A stretch of 64,000 nucleotides of DNA from a virus, in the IMG/VR virus record IMGVR_UViG_3300048798_000032, positions 39,429-103,428 of that record. One strand, written 5' to 3'. The notes beneath the pieces were generated by a model. That model did no database searches. It saw nothing but the letters and a program-made list of their open reading frames with translations, and had not been told where the DNA came from. A program made the translations under genes and the position numbers. This document shows, piece by piece, positions 40,912 to 50,800 of this stretch; the stretch's first letter is position 1; every line of letters starts with the position of its first letter.

Positions 40912-42051
40912 TCAGGAGGCCGTCATCACGCATTCGATGATCAGGCTGGCCAGGTTGGTGATGGCCGACTGCTCGGTTGGGGTGATCGTCAGGACCAGGC
41001 TGGCTGGGGTGGTTGGGGGTGCGGTGCCCCCCGATGAGTAGCTGTCGGTTCTCGTCGCGATCACCGTTGTGCCTTGCAGCAGGGTCGTCACCACCGTCCC
41101 GTTGCTCGCGCCGCCGCCGAAGAAAATCCGGTTGGTGACCGTGTTCGGCGGTGCGGCCATGGCGGGCAGTTTTGCCTGCCACACCTGGGAGACCGGGTCA
41201 ATCGTGGAGGTGACGAAAGTGGCGTCGTTGGCGTCGCTGACCAGCGAGCACATCGGGGTGCCGCCCGCGACCGACTGGCTTGGCGTCCAGCCTGTGGTGG
41301 TCACGTCCACGTTCGGCCGCACGATCCCCGCGATCGTCGCCGGGGCGATGGCGAACGTGTACAGGCAGTTGTAGGCGGCCGGCTGATCCAGGGTGATGGT
41401 CGCGCCACCGTAACCAGGCCCGGCCGACACGGCGGTGCCGTTATCGATGACGGCGATCTGCGGCCTGCCCGCCACCCCTGGGTAGCTGACCGAGTTGCGC
41501 ACCGTATTGGGGGTTGGCGTGACAGTGAACGTGGTTGCCCCGGTGGTGCCTTTCCCCAGGTACATGCCAGCGATCCAGCACTGGTCAAACGAGCTGGTGT
41601 TGATGACGGGGGTGACCTGGGTGACCGACGACGTCGAGTTGTCGCTGACCGGCGAGTTGATCACCGGCACCGGATTGACGGTGCTGACCCCGTACCAGGC
41701 GTCCAGCGCCACCACCTGAAGCAGATCTTTCGTGTCGGTGGTGTAACTGCATGTCAGTGTGGTGCCCGCGTCGGTGGCCACGGCGAGCCGGTACCAGCCT
41801 TGCGCCACCACCTGCGCCAGCGACATCTGCGCCGACATCGGGATCCAGGCCGGTGCACCCGACCCTCCCCCGGTGGGGGTGGCGATGACCGCCTGGCCGC
41901 CGGGGTCGCTGGTGGCGGCGGCCATGCAGTAGCCGAGGACCAGCAGATCCCCGGCCTGCACCGACGAGGGGATCGTGATCGTGATGGAAGTCGCTGTTCC
42001 CGCTGTGCCCGGCGAGAAGGCGGTCGCGCCGCTCCGGTACCCGATAGTCAT
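40912..42051 (-). CDS. minor tail protein
   Basis: MTIGYRSG..IPSSVQAGDLLV; beta-rich. Confidence 0.7.
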   Translation of the reverse strand: MTIGYRSGATAFSPGTAGTATSITITIPSSVQAGDLLVLGYCMAAATSDPGGQAVIATPTGGGSGAPAWIPMSAQMSLAQVVAQGWYRLAVATDAGTTLTCSYTTDTKDLLQVVALDAWYGVSTVNPVPVINSPVSDNSTSSVTQVTPVINTSSFDQCWIAGMYLGKGTTGATTFTVTPTPNTVRNSVSYPGVAGRPQIAVIDNGTAVSAGPGYGGATITLDQPAAYNCLYTFAIAPATIAGIVRPNVDVTTTGWTPSQSVAGGTPMCSLVSDANDATFVTSTIDPVSQVWQAKLPAMAAPPNTVTNRIFFGGGASNGTVVTTLLQGTTVIATRTDSYSSGGTAPPTTPASLVLTITPTEQSAITNLASLIIECVMTAS

Positions 42052-42062
42052 TCTTCCGGCTC

Positions 42063-43625
42063 CTAGTTTCCCGCTGCCGCTGACAGTTCCTGGTGGAGCT
42101 GGAGATATCCGGTGTAGGGAGAGATGTTCCCGGTCTTGGGGTCGGCGGCGCTCTGGATGTAATTCCAGGTGTAATTCGCGGTTCCGGCGGTGGACCCCAG
42201 GTAGGTGGTGAATGGGATGAAGTCCGCGTTCTTTTTCCTGGCCGCTATCCGCCCCCGGAAGTAGGTGATCTCCTCGGTGAGCATCGTGGAGAAGTCCGCG
42301 TCGCTGAGCGGGCCGTTCACCCCGGCCGCCCCGGTCCAGGAGCCGATCTCCGAATACCCGGCTTTCGCGCCGATGGAGTCGGCGAACTGCGCGAACGACA
42401 TGGAGACGCCGCTCGGTGCCTGGTGGAGGCTGGCCCCGGCTTTCCAGTCGTTGCCGTACATGTCCGCCGTGACAGCGGCCGGGTACGGGTTGAGTGCCTG
42501 CGCATACCCGACTGCGGTCCCGTACACGGGCGGGTAGGTGCCGGGGTTGAAGATCAGGTCCCCGGTGACGTACGGGCTGGCCAGAATGACCGGGGCGTAG
42601 TAATTCCAGTACTCGGGGTAAGTGACACCGCCGGGGGACGGGAAATTGGTGCCGATGTTCATTTCCGTCCACAGCGTCACATCGAAGTTGGTGGTGACGG
42701 CGGCCATGGACGCGAGGAAGTTCGCGAGGTTGGTCTGCTCGCCGGAGGTGAGGACCCGGCTTGGCTTGACGCACACCTGGAATTTGCACCCGTACGGCGC
42801 GAGCGCCTGCACGATCGCGCCCTGATCATTCGGGGTGAAGAACGTCCAGGCACCTTCCTGCAAATAGACCCGCTGCACCTCCAGCGACAGCGGGGCACCG
42901 ACGTACCCGTCGATGATCTGCGCCGCCGCATACGCCTGCGGCAGAAGCAGGCTGTACGTCTTCGGGTTCGTGGTTGCGCCAACCAAACCGGCGTACCCGG
43001 ACGAGCCGGTGGTGACCGCCCACGCGAACGCCGCCGCCCCGCTGGCACCGGTTGTGTCGGTGGCTGTCACCTGGACGCTGAGCGACTGCGTGGTCGTCGG
43101 CGTCCCGGTGATCAGCCCCGTCGCCGGGTTGATGGACAAACCAGTGGGCAGCCCGGTCGCGCCGTAGGTCAGCGTCTGCCCGGTGGCCGAGTCGATTGCA
43201 GCGACGGGAAGGGTGACGGCGTTGCCCGAGATGGACGACTGCGCGCCTGGGTTGGTGACGGTGACTGTGTTGCCGGTCGTGGATCCTGTGGTGACCGCCC
43301 ACGCGAACGCGGTGATGGACGACGCGCCGGACAGGTCGGAGACCCGCAGGCTGACCATCGTTGCCTGGATGGCCGTGGGAGTCCCGGTGATGAGCCCGGT
43401 GGCCGAGTTCAGCGACAGGCCGGCCGGGAGGCCGGTGGCGGTGTAGATGAGGGTCTGGCCGGTGCCGCTGTCGGTGGCGGCGATCTGGAGGCTGACCGTC
43501 GATCCCTGCTGGCTGGTCTGGCTGCCCGGATTGATGATCGTGATCACGTTGCCGGGCAGCCCGCCGTTGACCTCGATCCACTCGCCGAGCCCGGCGGACT
43601 CATACAGCGTCCGGGGGGTGGTCAA
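42063..43625 (-). CDS. virion protein with two Ig-like (He_PIG) repeats and a possible glycoside hydrolase domain
   Basis: two YxATGLPxGLSxNxATGLITGTPT repeats; WTEMN, ADMY, YSEIG resemble clan GH-A motifs. Confidence 0.65.
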   Translation of the reverse strand: MTTPRTLYESAGLGEWIEVNGGLPGNVITIINPGSQTSQQGSTVSLQIAATDSGTGQTLIYTATGLPAGLSLNSATGLITGTPTAIQATMVSLRVSDLSGASSITAFAWAVTTGSTTGNTVTVTNPGAQSSISGNAVTLPVAAIDSATGQTLTYGATGLPTGLSINPATGLITGTPTTTQSLSVQVTATDTTGASGAAAFAWAVTTGSSGYAGLVGATTNPKTYSLLLPQAYAAAQIIDGYVGAPLSLEVQRVYLQEGAWTFFTPNDQGAIVQALAPYGCKFQVCVKPSRVLTSGEQTNLANFLASMAAVTTNFDVTLWTEMNIGTNFPSPGGVTYPEYWNYYAPVILASPYVTGDLIFNPGTYPPVYGTAVGYAQALNPYPAAVTADMYGNDWKAGASLHQAPSGVSMSFAQFADSIGAKAGYSEIGSWTGAAGVNGPLSDADFSTMLTEEITYFRGRIAARKKNADFIPFTTYLGSTAGTANYTWNYIQSAADPKTGNISPYTGYLQLHQELSAAAGN

Positions 43626-44185
43626 GACTGAGGCCCCTGGTAGAAGTCGAGGCCGTCCACCGCCGCAGCGCCACCGAACGCGGGCGCGACCGGCCCGATC
43701 CACCAGACGGGGGCACCCGTCGCGGGCCGCGGCGGGTAGCCGGGGAGTGCCGGGTTCCAGTAGTTGTACACCGGGGTATAGGTATTCAGGAACGCCAGCG
43801 CCGCGACGTCCGCCGCCTCCTGGGTCAGCAGCGTTATCAGGTCGTTGCCGAAGTCATTCGCATACAGCCACCGCCGCGGGCCTGCCCCGGTGCCGGAGGC
43901 GTCGGCGGCCATCAGGTAGATGCCCGCGGGGCCGAGGAACGCGTCCGGTATCTCCCCGCTGGAGTCACACGTGACCGAGGAGATGGGAGTGCCTGTGGAG
44001 TCGAGCAGGCCGGTGCCGTCGTCCACCCCGCCGGGCATCGGCGCGGCCCCGTACAGGTTCCCGGCGACGAGGGAGTCGTAGAACATGATGACGGCACCGG
44101 GACTGGACGACAGGGTGCCGTCGCTGTTCCAGGTGAACGCCCAGTCGGCGGCACCGCCGCCGAAGGCATGCCGGTTCAGCGCCAC
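43622..44185 (-). CDS. minor tail protein
   Basis: RHAFGGGAADW; position. Confidence 0.6.
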   Translation of the reverse strand: MALNRHAFGGGAADWAFTWNSDGTLSSSPGAVIMFYDSLVAGNLYGAAPMPGGVDDGTGLLDSTGTPISSVTCDSSGEIPDAFLGPAGIYLMAADASGTGAGPRRWLYANDFGNDLITLLTQEAADVAALAFLNTYTPVYNYWNPALPGYPPRPATGAPVWWIGPVAPAFGGAAAVDGLDFYQGPQS

Positions 44186-44225
44186 GGGACCTCCAGGTTC
44201 AGTGCGGGTCAGGCAGAGGGGGGTG

Positions 44226-45170
44226 TTACGCGATCCAGGCGGTGCCGCTGATGTCGATCTGGTCACCCGCCGCGGTGACGCCCTGGAAGATCACCTGGCC
44301 GGCGGCGGACAGCACCATGTGGCAGGCCGCGTCGGTGTTGGTCAGGTCGGACACAGCCCACCGGGCGTTGCCCACGGGCGGCTGGTAGGCACCCGGCAGC
44401 ACCGGGCACACCTGGGCACCCGCAGCGTTGCCAGGGGTGTCCAGGACGCCGCGGAACGCGACCCCGCGCAGGGTGCCGTTGACGGACACGACGGCGGTGT
44501 ACTGCGGCGTCACCTCGCCCTTAATGGATCCGGAGAACCCGTTGTCGGGGTTCAGCGGATGCCAGATGTCGGGGACGCCCGCGATGATCTGCCACGCGGC
44601 GCCGTTCCACAGGGCAAGACTGCCGGTGTCGGTCTCGAAGAAGATGCCGGGGCCTGCCATGTTGGGCCGGGTGCCGCTGACCCCGGACAGGATCTGCGCG
44701 CCGAAATGCCGCTCGTCGGTGAGCCCGGACAGCGCCCCCGACGACGACGACGTCCAGGACGCGATGGGCATCTGCCATATCCCGGTGGGGGTCTGGATCA
44801 GCGCCGGTTCCTGCGGGTTCGCGCCCGGCGTGCCGGTGACGACGACGGGGGTGACGAACAGGTCCGGGTTGGTGGCTGCCCGGTTGAGCTGCATCGCCAG
44901 CCGGTCGATCCGGTCTGCGGAGGACGCAGCGGGAATCGGGGTCGGCGTGGGTGCCGAGACCGGCTTCCAGAAGCCTTGCAGCATCGCCGCGCCGGGGGCG
45001 ACGACCGCGTTGCGGCCGGACGTGTCCAGGGAGGCGGCGAGGCTGTTCAGCACGCCGGGGACGACCCCGGATCCCAGGGCCATCCCGAAGACGTTCTCCC
45101 AGTCGGTGACCGTCACGATCTGGGACACGCCGGGCAGCGGGATCGCGTTATCCGTTATGTCACTCACCAT
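44226..45170 (-). CDS. minor tail / baseplate protein
   Basis: VAPGAAMLQG..RIDR..GTPG..PALIQ..WQMPIA. Confidence 0.7.
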   Translation of the reverse strand: MVSDITDNAIPLPGVSQIVTVTDWENVFGMALGSGVVPGVLNSLAASLDTSGRNAVVAPGAAMLQGFWKPVSAPTPTPIPAASSADRIDRLAMQLNRAATNPDLFVTPVVVTGTPGANPQEPALIQTPTGIWQMPIASWTSSSSGALSGLTDERHFGAQILSGVSGTRPNMAGPGIFFETDTGSLALWNGAAWQIIAGVPDIWHPLNPDNGFSGSIKGEVTPQYTAVVSVNGTLRGVAFRGVLDTPGNAAGAQVCPVLPGAYQPPVGNARWAVSDLTNTDAACHMVLSAAGQVIFQGVTAAGDQIDISGTAWIA

Positions 45171-45188
45171 CCCTTATGCCCGGATTGG

Positions 45189-46502
45189 TCACTGCCCGGC
45201 TTTCTGTGTCTGCTGGAGGGCCTTGTCGATCTTGCGGACCTGGTCGGCGAGCCGCTGCGCCACCGTCGTCCCGCGGGCCGCGAACGCCGGGTTGCCGATG
45301 GTTGGCGTCACCAGCTCGTAGTAAGACCCATATGCGGACCCGGACACCTGAACCCCGGTGGTGGCACCCATGTAGACGGAGCCGCTGGAATCCGACCCGG
45401 CGGTCAGCCCAACCGCAGAGATGATGTCGGTGTAGGAGATGCCTTCGCGGATGGACACCGTCACGGTGTCGCCGAGCAGGTAGCCCTGCACCGGGGGCGC
45501 ATCGGCACCGAACCGCAGCAGCGGGATGTCGGTGGCCACGATGGTCAGCACGTGCGCCGCCGCGCCGTTCAGCAGGTCCGCCTGCCATGCCGCGGTCAGG
45601 TCCGGCGCGGTGGTGGTGGACGTCTGGTCGTCAAACATCTCAGTGCGCCGCCACGGGTCGGTGGCTGCGGGACCGGACGCGTCGTGCTCGGTGAAGTTGG
45701 GCGGGCTCGCGCCGTCCTCGAGGAGCGCGACGTCGGTGGTGGGGATGGCGTCGGAGATCGTGTCGCCGCGCAGGTTCCCCAGCGACGTGGAAAACACGGC
45801 CTGGCCGGACAGGTCACGCGGGATGTAGCAGTCGAACACCAACTGGCCACCGGTCAGCGTGATGCTGACGCCGATGAGGGACTGGACGGCGACGTTGCGG
45901 ATCACGTCCATCAACTGCATGCCAAGACTAGATGTGGTGGTGGAGCTGGAGGTGGTGGACGGTTTCGGCGGCGTGATCGTGATCGTGACGGTGCCGCCGC
46001 GGCCGAGGTCGGGGGCGACGGTGAAGTTGGGCACGATCCGGGCCGTGTCGCCGGCGGTGACCATGTTCTCGGTGACGAAAGTCTTGATCACCGTCTCGGC
46101 GGGGCCGGTGAGCACCCGCGGGGTGGTGGTCTGCTCTGCCCACGTCAGGGTGCCATGGGGGTAGCAGACCCGGTTGGCCAGCAGCACCAGGAAGTCCGCG
46201 CCGGACAAGGTGATCGTCTCGGTGATGATCCCCGTGTTGGGGTCTACAACGAGGTCGTGTTCCCACATCTCGGCCAGCAGCGGCACCTGGAAGACGTCGT
46301 TCCAGTTGACCAGCAGCGGCACCGGGATGAACTCGCCCTGGTCATCGAAGGTGACAAGTTGCCAGTTCCTGGGTGTTGCGGGAAGGATGAGGGTGAACGC
46401 GCCGACCACGTTGAAGTTGAGCGTGCTGATATCCAGCAACTGCCAGGTGATCGGCTGCTGCGGGACAAGGTCCGCGGTGAGCGCGTCGATCCTGACCGTC
46501 AT
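45189..46502 (-). CDS. minor tail protein (ReqiPepy6 Gp37-like hub)
   Basis: FNVVGAFTL, GPAETVIK..VTEN, YLLGDTVTV; second gene after the tape measure. Confidence 0.75.
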   Translation of the reverse strand: MTVRIDALTADLVPQQPITWQLLDISTLNFNVVGAFTLILPATPRNWQLVTFDDQGEFIPVPLLVNWNDVFQVPLLAEMWEHDLVVDPNTGIITETITLSGADFLVLLANRVCYPHGTLTWAEQTTTPRVLTGPAETVIKTFVTENMVTAGDTARIVPNFTVAPDLGRGGTVTITITPPKPSTTSSSTTTSSLGMQLMDVIRNVAVQSLIGVSITLTGGQLVFDCYIPRDLSGQAVFSTSLGNLRGDTISDAIPTTDVALLEDGASPPNFTEHDASGPAATDPWRRTEMFDDQTSTTTAPDLTAAWQADLLNGAAAHVLTIVATDIPLLRFGADAPPVQGYLLGDTVTVSIREGISYTDIISAVGLTAGSDSSGSVYMGATTGVQVSGSAYGSYYELVTPTIGNPAFAARGTTVAQRLADQVRKIDKALQQTQKAGQ

Positions 46503-47788
46503 GGCCGAAGCCACCTGCGGGTATAGAACAGCGCCACCTGGGAGCCACCCGCGGTGGACGACAGTGGCGGGATGGCAACCGTTGAGCCGCTGCCCGTGTC
46601 GGCGCAGGAGGTGACCGCGCCGAGGGAGGCGACGAGGATGTTCTCCGCGCCAGCGGCAGTGCCCCGGTAGACGTTGACCCCGGTGGTGCCGCCGGCCAGC
46701 GCATCCCACGTCAGGGTCGCTGCCCCGCCAGCCCCGATCACGGCACCCGCCTCGTTGCTGGCGGTTGTCTCACCCGCCGCATTGGTGCCGGTGACCTTCC
46801 AGTAGTACGTCCCGGCCGCGAACGAGCCACCGGTCCCCACCGCAACCGCGACGAGCCCTTCCGGCGGCGGGAGGGCCATTGCCCCGGTGAGCGCGACGTC
46901 GAGAGTGTTGACACCCGGCACCAGCGGCCACAGGTCCCGCGGGTCCGCAGCGGCGAGGGCGGCCCACTGGCTGGCACCGGTCTGGTCGGTGACGGACGCC
47001 CCGGTGACCGGGTCGGTGACGACAGTCCACACCGCACCAGCGGGAACGGGCGTGTCCAGGGACCATTCCCGGCCGGTGGTCTCGTTCGTGATGGCGGGCT
47101 GGCCCGGCCCGGTGATCTGCCAGGTGGGGTAGGTTTCCGCGTCCCCGGTGTAGTCGACGGTCTGCTGGCCCAAAGTGGTGGCGGCCGACAGCAGGACCGG
47201 CGGCATCGGTGGCACCCCGGCACCAGCGGTCGGAGGGGCGAACACGACCGGCCCCACCGCGGCGGCGGGCAGGTCGGTCCAGTACGGCTGCCCGGTGAGG
47301 GTCAGCGCCCACTGGGTCTGCCACAGCGGCGTGTCCGTCTGGTCGGGCTGGTCCAGCCCGGAGGTGACGTAGCATTCCAGGATCCGCTGGGTGCCGTCTG
47401 GCTGCTGCACCCCCAGGTACCCGGGGGTGGGGACGCCGCCGCGGACCGTCCAGAACGCGTTGGTGATGGCCTCGTACAGCAGGTGCGCCGACGACGGGTC
47501 GGTGGGGTCGGGGCATTCGGCGTACAGGCCGAGGGTGATGGTGCGCGGCTGCGGGATCTGGGACTGGACGAGGAACGCCCCGGTGGGCAGCGGCAGCATC
47601 GTCAGCGCGTTCGGCATCCCGCCGATGCCGGAGATCGCGGTGGCGATGACCCCGCTGGCGAGGGTGAGACCGGACAGGTCCCACACGTTGCCGTCGGGGT
47701 CGGTCCAGGTCAGGTCCGGCCGGGCGGTCAGGCCGGGGAACGCGGCACCGGGTGGTGCGGGCGGCTGGCCGGTGCCGAGGACGGGCAT
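46499..47788 (-). CDS. distal tail protein with inserted domain
   Basis: PRTITLGL, PYW, GDAETYPTWQITGP, LWPLVPGVN. Confidence 0.75.
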   Translation of the reverse strand: MPVLGTGQPPAPPGAAFPGLTARPDLTWTDPDGNVWDLSGLTLASGVIATAISGIGGMPNALTMLPLPTGAFLVQSQIPQPRTITLGLYAECPDPTDPSSAHLLYEAITNAFWTVRGGVPTPGYLGVQQPDGTQRILECYVTSGLDQPDQTDTPLWQTQWALTLTGQPYWTDLPAAAVGPVVFAPPTAGAGVPPMPPVLLSAATTLGQQTVDYTGDAETYPTWQITGPGQPAITNETTGREWSLDTPVPAGAVWTVVTDPVTGASVTDQTGASQWAALAAADPRDLWPLVPGVNTLDVALTGAMALPPPEGLVAVAVGTGGSFAAGTYYWKVTGTNAAGETTASNEAGAVIGAGGAATLTWDALAGGTTGVNVYRGTAAGAENILVASLGAVTSCADTGSGSTVAIPPLSSTAGGSQVALFYTRRWLRP

Positions 47789-47811
47789 CCGCTACCTCCC
47801 GCGTCCAGGGT

Positions 47812-50800
47812 TCACTGCTGGCGGCCGAGCCGGGCTTTCCGGGTGTCGTTGACGCTCATCGCGGTGAACGCGGCCCGCACCTGCGACTGGAGCGCCCCCG
47901 CCGCCCACGCGTCGGGGAAGTTCGCGATGTAGTTCGTGTCCCCGCCGCCGCCCTGCGCCAGTTTCACAAGCTGGTCGGGGCGCACGACTGCTTCTGGCTT
48001 GCCGGTCATATTCGCTGCCAGCGACAGGCCCGGTGGCAGCCATGGGCCGTTGATTCCCTGGTCGTACCAGCCGTGGCTCTGCTCGTGAGCAGCGGCGGCG
48101 TCGGGGCTGCCGTAGACCGATTTGATGTAGCCGAGACCCCACCGGATCTGGGTGGCCGGGTCGGTGCGCCAGTCTGATCCCGCTGCCGCCATCTTGTCGG
48201 CGGGCAGGCTCTGCGGGATGCCGTAGGCGCCGCTGGAGGGGTTGGTGGCCAGGTAGTTCCAGCCTGACTCGCGCGTCCACAGGTAGTCCAGCGCGGGCCA
48301 CTGCCCCGACCAGCCCATGGTGGCAAGCAGCCGCTGTGCGATGGCCTGCGCGGTCCCCGTCCCGGCCGCCGCCGGGCTGGGGAAGGCCAGCGACGCAGCC
48401 GACGCGGCGGCGGTGACGGCGGTTTTCATCGCGGTCACCATGGACGATGCCATGTCGGTGGCGAACTGGCTGGACATGTTCACCGCGTACTGCCCGGACA
48501 GGACCGCCGCGTTGCCCTGGTCGACGAGGCCGCCAGCGGAGAAACCGGGCACGTTGTGGGCTTTCATCAGCGGCGCCACGAACGGGGTCAGGTGCTTGGG
48601 GACGACAGTTTCACCGGGTTCCAGCATCGCGGGCACCTTGTCGCCGCCGCCGTAGCCGGGGATCCGGCCGCCGGCGGCCAGTTCCGCGCCGCCGAGGCCG
48701 GTTTTCGCGTGCCCCGACAAGGTGGGGAACCCGGTGCCGGTGATCTTGTAGGAGCCGTCGCCGGTCATGACGATTTCCAGTGCCCGTTTCACCGGGATGT
48801 GCACCACCCGGGCGATCATGCTGGCGATCTGGCTGGTGGAGTCCTGGGCGGCTTTCCCGGTGGCGATCAGGTCGTTGATCAGCCGGGTCCGCGCGCCCCG
48901 CGCCGCGTCGGACTGCGAGCCGTCCTTCGCGATGGCGTCCCCGTACAGCTTCGCCGCCGCCATCGCGTTCCCCAGCGACGTCGCGTTGTTTTGCAGCCAC
49001 GCCGACAGTGGCCTGATCTTGTCCGCGCCCGCATAGCCGGCCTGCTCGGCCATGTTGTAGATGGCTGTGCGGAGCGAGTCGTTCTTCAGCGCACCATCCT
49101 TCGCCGCCGGGTTCAGTTCGGTGGCGATCACCTGCGCGAGCGCGTGCGCGGGCGCGCTCCCGCTCTCCATCTCCGAGACGACCTTCTGCAGCGACGGCAG
49201 CAGCCGCCCCGACAGGGTGCCCTGCAAGACGTCGGACTGGAAGTTGATCCCGCTGAACGACGACCCAGGATCCTTCATGTCCGTCCCCAGGTTCCGGAAC
49301 GCGGTTCCCAGCCCGGCTATGGACTTCTTCGCCGGGTCCACCTTCCCGGGCATCCCGGCCAGCGCCTGATCGTTGAGGTGCAGGGAATCCCACAGCTTGT
49401 CGGCCTGCTGCCGGTTCAGCCCGAGTCCGATGGCGAAGACGTCGAACTCCTTGTGCGCGTCGGAGACGTTGTGGGTCTGGGTGACCAGTTCCTTCGCCAG
49501 CGACCGGGCAGTCGGGATCATGGCCGACGTGTTGCCGTGCGCCTTCATCACGGCCTCGGCAAAATTCGTGTACGCCTTCTGGCCACCGGAGGCGATGAAA
49601 ATGGCCTGCGACATGGCCTGGTTCAGGTTCTGGCTGATTGCGGCGGCGAGGTTTTTCGTGTCGGTGGCTAGGTCCGCTGAGGCGACGGTCAGTTTCGACT
49701 CGATTGAGTCCAGGTTCGCCATCGGGTCGTGCACCTTGCCCACCCAGGCGGCGAGGGACCTGAACGCGTCCGGCCCCTGATATCCGGCGACTTGCGCCAG
49801 CGCGTACAGCTCAGCCGTGGCCGCGCTGCTGCCCTTCGCCAGGGGGAGCATCGACGCGGCCATGTCCTTCCCGGCCTGGGTCAGCAGCCCGTACCCTTTG
49901 GACCCCATCCCCGCAGCCTGGGTCTGCAGCAGCATCGCGTTGTACAGGGAGACGGCATCGGTGATCGAGCCGTTCCATGTTGACCGCAGGGTGAGACTGC
50001 TGGCGCTGAGGCCATTCAGCGAGACCGCCTGGGTCTTGCTGGCCGCGCTCGCCTTTCCCTGGGCGCCGGCCAGGCTGTCCTCGGCTGCCGTGAGCCGGTC
50101 GTGGGCGGCGGACAGGCTGTCCGCCGACGCCTTCCCCGACTTCTGCAGCCCACTCAGTGACGACTGCGCGGAGGCGACCCTGGCCTGAGCGGACGCCAGC
50201 GACGAGCTGGCCTGGGCGATCCCCTGCAGGCTCGTCTTGCCAGCGGCCGCGTCCTTGGAGAGTGTCCCGATGCCCTGCGCGAAGGTGGTGAACGCCGACT
50301 CGCTGCCCGTCACCAGGCCGATGAACGTCGTATACGCCTGGGTGAGGTTGCTGGCCTTGGACTGCTGTTCTTCCATCGACAGGGTAACGGCGTCGACGGC
50401 GTTCGCGAGGATGCCGCCCCGCACACCCATCTCCCGGTAGCCCTCGATCAGGTTGTCAACCTTCTGCCGCATCACCGTGAGGGAGTCGGTGGACTTCACC
50501 CCGGCCAGATCCATCAGCGCCAGCGCCTGGTTGAACGTGTAGGCCCCGGTGGTCGTCTCAACCAGGCCCGAGCCGAGTTGCCGGACCTTGCCGGTTCCCT
50601 CCCCCACCACGTAGGACCAGGAGGTCGTCCCGCGCATCAGGGTGCCGACCTCGGCGTCCATGTTCTTCCCGGTGCCGAGCAGGGAATTGATCTCGGTGTT
50701 GAGCGCGGCGATGTTGTTCTTCAGGGCGATCGAGGCCCCGGCACCGGGGACGAACGCGTCCTTGACAGCCAGCCCGAACCCGGTGACGGCATGCCCGAGG

